Source: Minisyncoccia bacterium
Lineage (GTDB): Bacteria; Patescibacteriota; Minisyncoccia; Phycocordibacterales; SBAW01
Reading direction: 5' to 3'
DNA: 64,000 bases
Assembly: GCA_049997855.1 (NCBI GenBank)
Contig: JBEKSG010000002.1
Location: forward strand, 16,996 to 80,995
How positions within the stretch are numbered: the first letter of the stretch is position 1; each line of letters opens with the position of its first letter. Both the position numbers and the translations under genes were made by a program. Positions 59,699 to 64,000 of this stretch are shown here, piece by piece. The notes beneath the pieces were generated by a model, which was given only the letters and a program-made list of their open reading frames with translations, did no database searches and was not told the DNA's origin.

Positions 59699-60631
59699 GT
59701 TGTATACACCGCTCATCACCAGCCTAAAACGATATATGTTGTTGGTGCCGTCGAGCGTGTAGCGCGGCAGTGCGAATGCGTTTGCTGGCGACGGTATGTA
59801 CGCAGGCTCGGTAGTGAGTGCGGCGGTGTATCCCTGCTCTTTTAGGATGGCTACGGTCTCGGTGGTGTAGTCACCCTTGCCGCCATTGGGATAGGCAAAA
59901 ATGCCGAGCGGGCGGGCAAGACGCTCCGCAAGTTTTTTTTGCGAGCGTGCAATCTCTTCCCGTGCCTCCGCCCTTGATGCATGCGAAAGTATGGAGTGCG
60001 TCACGGTGTGTGGTGCAAACGTCATACCGCCTTGCTCCATCTTTTGCATCTCGGCCCAACTCATCGGCGCATATGGGCTACTTGGCAAGACAGGTGTCAA
60101 ATCAACACCCGTTTTGTCAATAAGCATGCACAAAAAGTTTTTAGTCTCGCTTGGTGAAAGAGTTTTAAAATATACGCGCACTGTTACGTCAGCCGCAATG
60201 CACTCTTGCCGCGTGCGGAGTTGAAACGTATGTGCCACACTCCCGAGTTGTAAGGTAAGGCTCTCGTGCGTGGTGGTGCCGATGGCGTGCTCGATAACGT
60301 CGACTCCGAGCGGAGCGCCTTCGATAAAGCCGGTAGTGATAAAAAAAGTGGCCGGCAATCCTGCCGCACGCAAGAGAGGAAAAGCGGCTTGATAATTGTT
60401 GGCATAGCCGTCGTCAAAGGTAATAGCAAGCGCGCTCTGGGGGAGGGTGCCGCTCTCCAGTTTGGAGACAAGCTCGGCAAGCGGCAGCACCGTGTAGTGC
60501 CGCTTAAAGTGACCAAGCTGTTTTGCAAATGCATCGGGAGAGATAAATTTACCGCGGTAGTTAAAAATGCCGCCGGCCCGTTCGCCGGTGACGCCATGAT
60601 AGAGTACAATTTTATTGTGCGGCTGTCGCAT
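59675..60631 (-). CDS. polysaccharide deacetylase
   Basis: LYH, ITFDDGY, HTVTH, FAYPNG. Confidence 0.92.
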   Translation of the reverse strand: MRQPHNKIVLYHGVTGERAGGIFNYRGKFISPDAFAKQLGHFKRHYTVLPLAELVSKLESGTLPQSALAITFDDGYANNYQAAFPLLRAAGLPATFFITTGFIEGAPLGVDVIEHAIGTTTHESLTLQLGSVAHTFQLRTRQECIAADVTVRVYFKTLSPSETKNFLCMLIDKTGVDLTPVLPSSPYAPMSWAEMQKMEQGGMTFAPHTVTHSILSHASRAEAREEIARSQKKLAERLARPLGIFAYPNGGKGDYTTETVAILKEQGYTAALTTEPAYIPSPANAFALPRYTLDGTNNIYRFRLVMSGVYNLLIKFLR

Positions 60632-60648
60632 CGTGTTAATTAGTATAT

Positions 60649-61791
60649 ATGAGACTTTATATTGTATGTAATGCCCGAATGCCCAATAAAAAGGCCTTTG
60701 GCATACAAGTGGCAAAAATGTGCGAGGCGTTTGTCGAGGCCGGCCATGAGGTAAGGCTCCTCGTCCCTCGCACCAGCGCTTTTACAACTAACCACTCGGT
60801 GCAAGAGTTTTACCATCTGCGCACGCCCGTGCCAACCATAGCCCTGCCGGCATTCGATTGGTACGGCACCAACTTTGTTGGGTTTGTGGTGAGCGCCTCC
60901 AGCTTTATGATAACGAGCACGCTGTATTTATGGTGGCAGTGGCTGCGCGGCGGCAAGGGCGTTGTGTATGCGGTTGATACGGATACTTTTTCTTATACAT
61001 CATTATTGTTTACCCCCTATCAATATGCGGTCGAGGTTGATAGGATGCCTGCGACCTTTTTAAACCGCCTCGCACTCCGAGGGGCATGCGCCATTGTGGG
61101 TATCAACCGCGAGGTTCGCAAGGACCTTGTTGAGACTGAAGGGATCCCCGCGCGCAAAGTGACGGACAGCCCCAACGGGGTAGACCCGTCGGCGTTTGAT
61201 GCGCCATCTCGCGTAGAGGCACGCCGCACACTTACCATCCCAGAAGGCGAGCGCGTCGCTCTGTTTGCCGGCCGTTTTTGGGGATACAAAGGAGTTCGTA
61301 TTTTATATGATGCCGCACTCCGGCTCACTAATGCGCAGCTTTATATCATCGGCGGTAGTCGCGATGATTTTATGAAAGAGATCGATGTCAGTGAACTGCC
61401 ATCCGCACTTCACATTATGGGCGAATGTAAAAGTTTTGAGGTGCCGACATGGCTTGCCGCCGCAGACGCGCTTATTGTCATCGGCAGCGCAGGAAATGTT
61501 TTATCTGCGCGTTATTTTTCACCTATGAAGGTGTATGAGTATATGGCGGCACATCGCCCGATTATCAGCGCCGATGTACCCGCGATACACGCTGTGCTGC
61601 CCGAGAAGTTGGGGTTGTGGTATGAGCCAGACAATGCCGTAAGTTTGGCCGAGCAGATAGAAAAAGCAGTCACCGGCACCCCGGAGATGTTAGCAATGGC
61701 GGAGCTTGCACAAGAGGAAGCTCGAAACCACACCTGGGCGCATCGTGCGCGGCAGATTGCGAGTTTTATGCAAAGCCGCATGCGCGTTTGA
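60649..61791 (+). CDS. GT4 glycosyltransferase
   Basis: PNGVD, KGV, SPMKVYEYMA...PII. Confidence 0.9.
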   Translation: MRLYIVCNARMPNKKAFGIQVAKMCEAFVEAGHEVRLLVPRTSAFTTNHSVQEFYHLRTPVPTIALPAFDWYGTNFVGFVVSASSFMITSTLYLWWQWLRGGKGVVYAVDTDTFSYTSLLFTPYQYAVEVDRMPATFLNRLALRGACAIVGINREVRKDLVETEGIPARKVTDSPNGVDPSAFDAPSRVEARRTLTIPEGERVALFAGRFWGYKGVRILYDAALRLTNAQLYIIGGSRDDFMKEIDVSELPSALHIMGECKSFEVPTWLAAADALIVIGSAGNVLSARYFSPMKVYEYMAAHRPIISADVPAIHAVLPEKLGLWYEPDNAVSLAEQIEKAVTGTPEMLAMAELAQEEARNHTWAHRARQIASFMQSRMRV

Positions 61792-61822
61792 TTTTATCCT
61801 TGTGTGAGAGGTCAAAATACGT

Positions 61823-62842
61823 ATGATTGACCGTATGTCTGAAGTGCTCCCTTCTGTTGTACGACAAAAATCAATATGTGTTATTGGCGGTGCGGGATAC
61901 GTTGGCGCCCGCTTGGTTCCTCGACTTATGGCAGAAGGGTACGCGGTCACGGTGGTAGACACGCTATGGTTTGGCAACCCTTTTGATGCTTCGGTTAAAC
62001 TGATACAGCAGGATGCGCTTACGCTGCCGCAAAGTTTTTTTGGTGAGTTTGGCACTGTGTATTTTTTGGCGGGACTTGCAAGCGACCCTATGGCCGAGTT
62101 CGACCCGGCGCTCAACTTTGTAAGCAACCTTGGTGTACCTGCGTATGTGGCATACGCCGCACGCGCCGCAGGTGTGTCGCGTTTTATTTTTGCCGATTCA
62201 TGCTCGGTATACGGCTACACCGGCGGTCGCGAGTGTACCGAGGCTGATACTCTCAATCTACCGCCGTATCCCTATGGCGTGTCTAAAGCGCAAGCCAATT
62301 GTGGGCTGCTTAAATTAGTGCAGCCGGGGTTTAATGTCATCGCTTTGCGCAAGGGCACCGTCTCGGGCTGGAGTCCGCGCATGCGCTTTGATTTGTTGGT
62401 TAACGCCATGTACCGCTCGGCGTGGGTAGACAAAAAAATTGTTGTTAACAATGCCGCTATATCGCGCCCGCTCCTCGCTATCGACGACGCGGTTGAGGGC
62501 TACATGGCGACGCTTAAGGCGCCCAGCGACATATCGGGCACGTACAATATCGTGAGCCAAAATGTCACGGTCGGACAAGTGGGCGAGGAAGTACAAAAAC
62601 ATTTTAAAACAGTGCACTATATTGACATCCCGCTTGAAATAAAAAACATCCCCGATGTGCGCGACTACAAAGCAAGCGGAGCTTTGGCGGAAAAGGTTTT
62701 AGGCTTTCATCCAATAGGCTCGGTGGCAACTATACTGGCGGGCCTCGATGAGCATTTTGGCCCCAACTTTGCAGGCTACAACGACGACGTACACTACAAT
62801 ATCCGCACCTTTAAATCATTGCGAGAAAAAAAGGTGTTGTAA
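61823..62842 (+). CDS. extended SDR NAD-dependent epimerase
   Basis: GGAGYVG, SCSVYG, YGVSK, SPRMRFDL.VN. Confidence 0.9.
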   Translation: MIDRMSEVLPSVVRQKSICVIGGAGYVGARLVPRLMAEGYAVTVVDTLWFGNPFDASVKLIQQDALTLPQSFFGEFGTVYFLAGLASDPMAEFDPALNFVSNLGVPAYVAYAARAAGVSRFIFADSCSVYGYTGGRECTEADTLNLPPYPYGVSKAQANCGLLKLVQPGFNVIALRKGTVSGWSPRMRFDLLVNAMYRSAWVDKKIVVNNAAISRPLLAIDDAVEGYMATLKAPSDISGTYNIVSQNVTVGQVGEEVQKHFKTVHYIDIPLEIKNIPDVRDYKASGALAEKVLGFHPIGSVATILAGLDEHFGPNFAGYNDDVHYNIRTFKSLREKKVL

Positions 62843-62844
62843 CT

Positions 62845-64000
62845 ATGTCCGCCGATATGTCAGATACCTACTATGTAACGCTTGCCAGTTGTCTAGCGTG
62901 CCAAGCCGCAGACCTGGTGCCCGTGTTGGATTTGCACGAGCAACCGCTCGCCAACTCGTATCACAAAGAGGGCGAGACACTGCCGGTGTTCCCGCTGGCG
63001 CTCAACGTGTGCCCGCACTGTTTCCACGCGCAGCAGGCGGTGGCGGTTGATCCCGACCTCATGTTTAAACAGTACTCCTACGTGTCGGGCACGAGCCAGA
63101 CACTGCGCGACTACTTCAACTGGTTTGCGGCGGATGTTGCACAAAAATACGGCAGTACCTTTACGCAGCCGCCGTCGGTGATGGATATTGCATGCAACGA
63201 CGGCACGCAGCTTGCATCGTTTGGAGCGCTTGGCTGGCAAATGTTTGGAGTCGACCCGGCAGAGAACCTGCTCGAACGCTCGCAAGCGGTCGGCGCTCGT
63301 GTGGTGTGCGATTACTGGACACCGGCAAGCGCGCAATCGTTCGGAAAAAAGTTTGACATCCTAATTGCGCAAAACGTGTTTGCGCACAATGCCGATCCGT
63401 ATGGGTTTTTAGAGACGGCAAAGTTGGTAATGCACAGCGGCTCAAAATTGCTCGTGCAAACGTCACAGGCCGATATGATCCCGCGCGGCGAGTTTGACAC
63501 CATATATCACGAGCATATCTCGTTTTTCTCCGCACGCTCGATGCAGGCATTGGCTCATCGCGCAGGCTTGCAGGTGGAGGATATCTACATTACGCCGGTC
63601 CACGGCGGGAGCTATGTATTTGTGCTCGGTTTTACTGCCGACGAGAGCAAAGCGCAGGCTCGGCTCGAGTACGAACAAAAAGAAGGCCGCTACAGCCTCG
63701 GTTTTTTTGAAAAGTTTGCCGCCACCGCCAAAGCTGCCGTGGCAGAGCTTACGCAAACGCTCAAAACCTATCGGAAGCAGGGCTATGCGGTGGTGGGTTT
63801 TGGCGCAGCGGCAAAGGGCAACACGATGCTTAACTTTAGCCGGATTGTGCTCGACTATATCATTGACGAAAATCCGCTCAAACAAAACTTGCTCACGCCG
63901 GGGATGAACATTCCTATTTACCCGGCAAGTAAGCTGGCAGAGCAACAGGGCAAGGTGGTGATAGTGCCGCTCGCGTGGAACTTTTATGACGAGATTCATC
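62845..64000 (+). CDS. NDP-sugar C-methyltransferase (runs off the window end)
   Basis: Read manually: CLAC...LDL.EQPLAN, CPHC, DIACNDG, NVFAH, FDTIYHEHISFF, HGGS, FGAAAKGNT. Confidence 0.9.
   Translation, partial: MSADMSDTYYVTLASCLACQAADLVPVLDLHEQPLANSYHKEGETLPVFPLALNVCPHCFHAQQAVAVDPDLMFKQYSYVSGTSQTLRDYFNWFAADVAQKYGSTFTQPPSVMDIACNDGTQLASFGALGWQMFGVDPAENLLERSQAVGARVVCDYWTPASAQSFGKKFDILIAQNVFAHNADPYGFLETAKLVMHSGSKLLVQTSQADMIPRGEFDTIYHEHISFFSARSMQALAHRAGLQVEDIYITPVHGGSYVFVLGFTADESKAQARLEYEQKEGRYSLGFFEKFAATAKAAVAELTQTLKTYRKQGYAVVGFGAAAKGNTMLNFSRIVLDYIIDENPLKQNLLTPGMNIPIYPASKLAEQQGKVVIVPLAWNFYDEIH

Noticed and set aside
62748-63999. ORF-track entries at the window end
   Set aside because: Shadows of the C-methyltransferase starting at 62845, which has no stop codon inside the window.

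Overview
This window is chromosomal DNA from a small-genome bacterium, most likely Patescibacteria/CPR (Parcubacteria-like). That is inferred from gene content, divergent intron-rich rRNAs and the missing anti-Shine-Dalgarno (anti-SD) tail. It carries housekeeping genes (ssb, rpsR, efp, recA, ftsK, rplJ, rplL, rodA, folD, secD, secF, speD, murI, a Mur ligase, rsmI), large surface proteins and a roughly 16 kb glycosylation cluster. The 23S-5S unit and the 16S gene are unlinked. The 23S has four group I introns (L1931, L1951, L2593 and L2656 in the sarcin-ricin loop), two of them with LAGLIDADG ORFs. The 16S has a group II-like intron with a LAGLIDADG ORF. The most unusual signals are: (1) a D-armless tRNA/tmRNA-like RNA followed by a separately promoted small RNA with a perfect 14-nt complement to it, back-to-back with the 23S promoter; (2) a RAYT transposase with REP palindromes, plus several palindrome families inserted in-frame in proteins and in rRNA; (3) an HTH gene divergent from ftsK with phased GACA repeat arrays upstream of and inside its own ORF; (4) an rRNA-type boxA ahead of the S-layer-like gene; (5) anti-SD loss with many apparently leaderless genes. 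All calls were made by eye, with no database searches.
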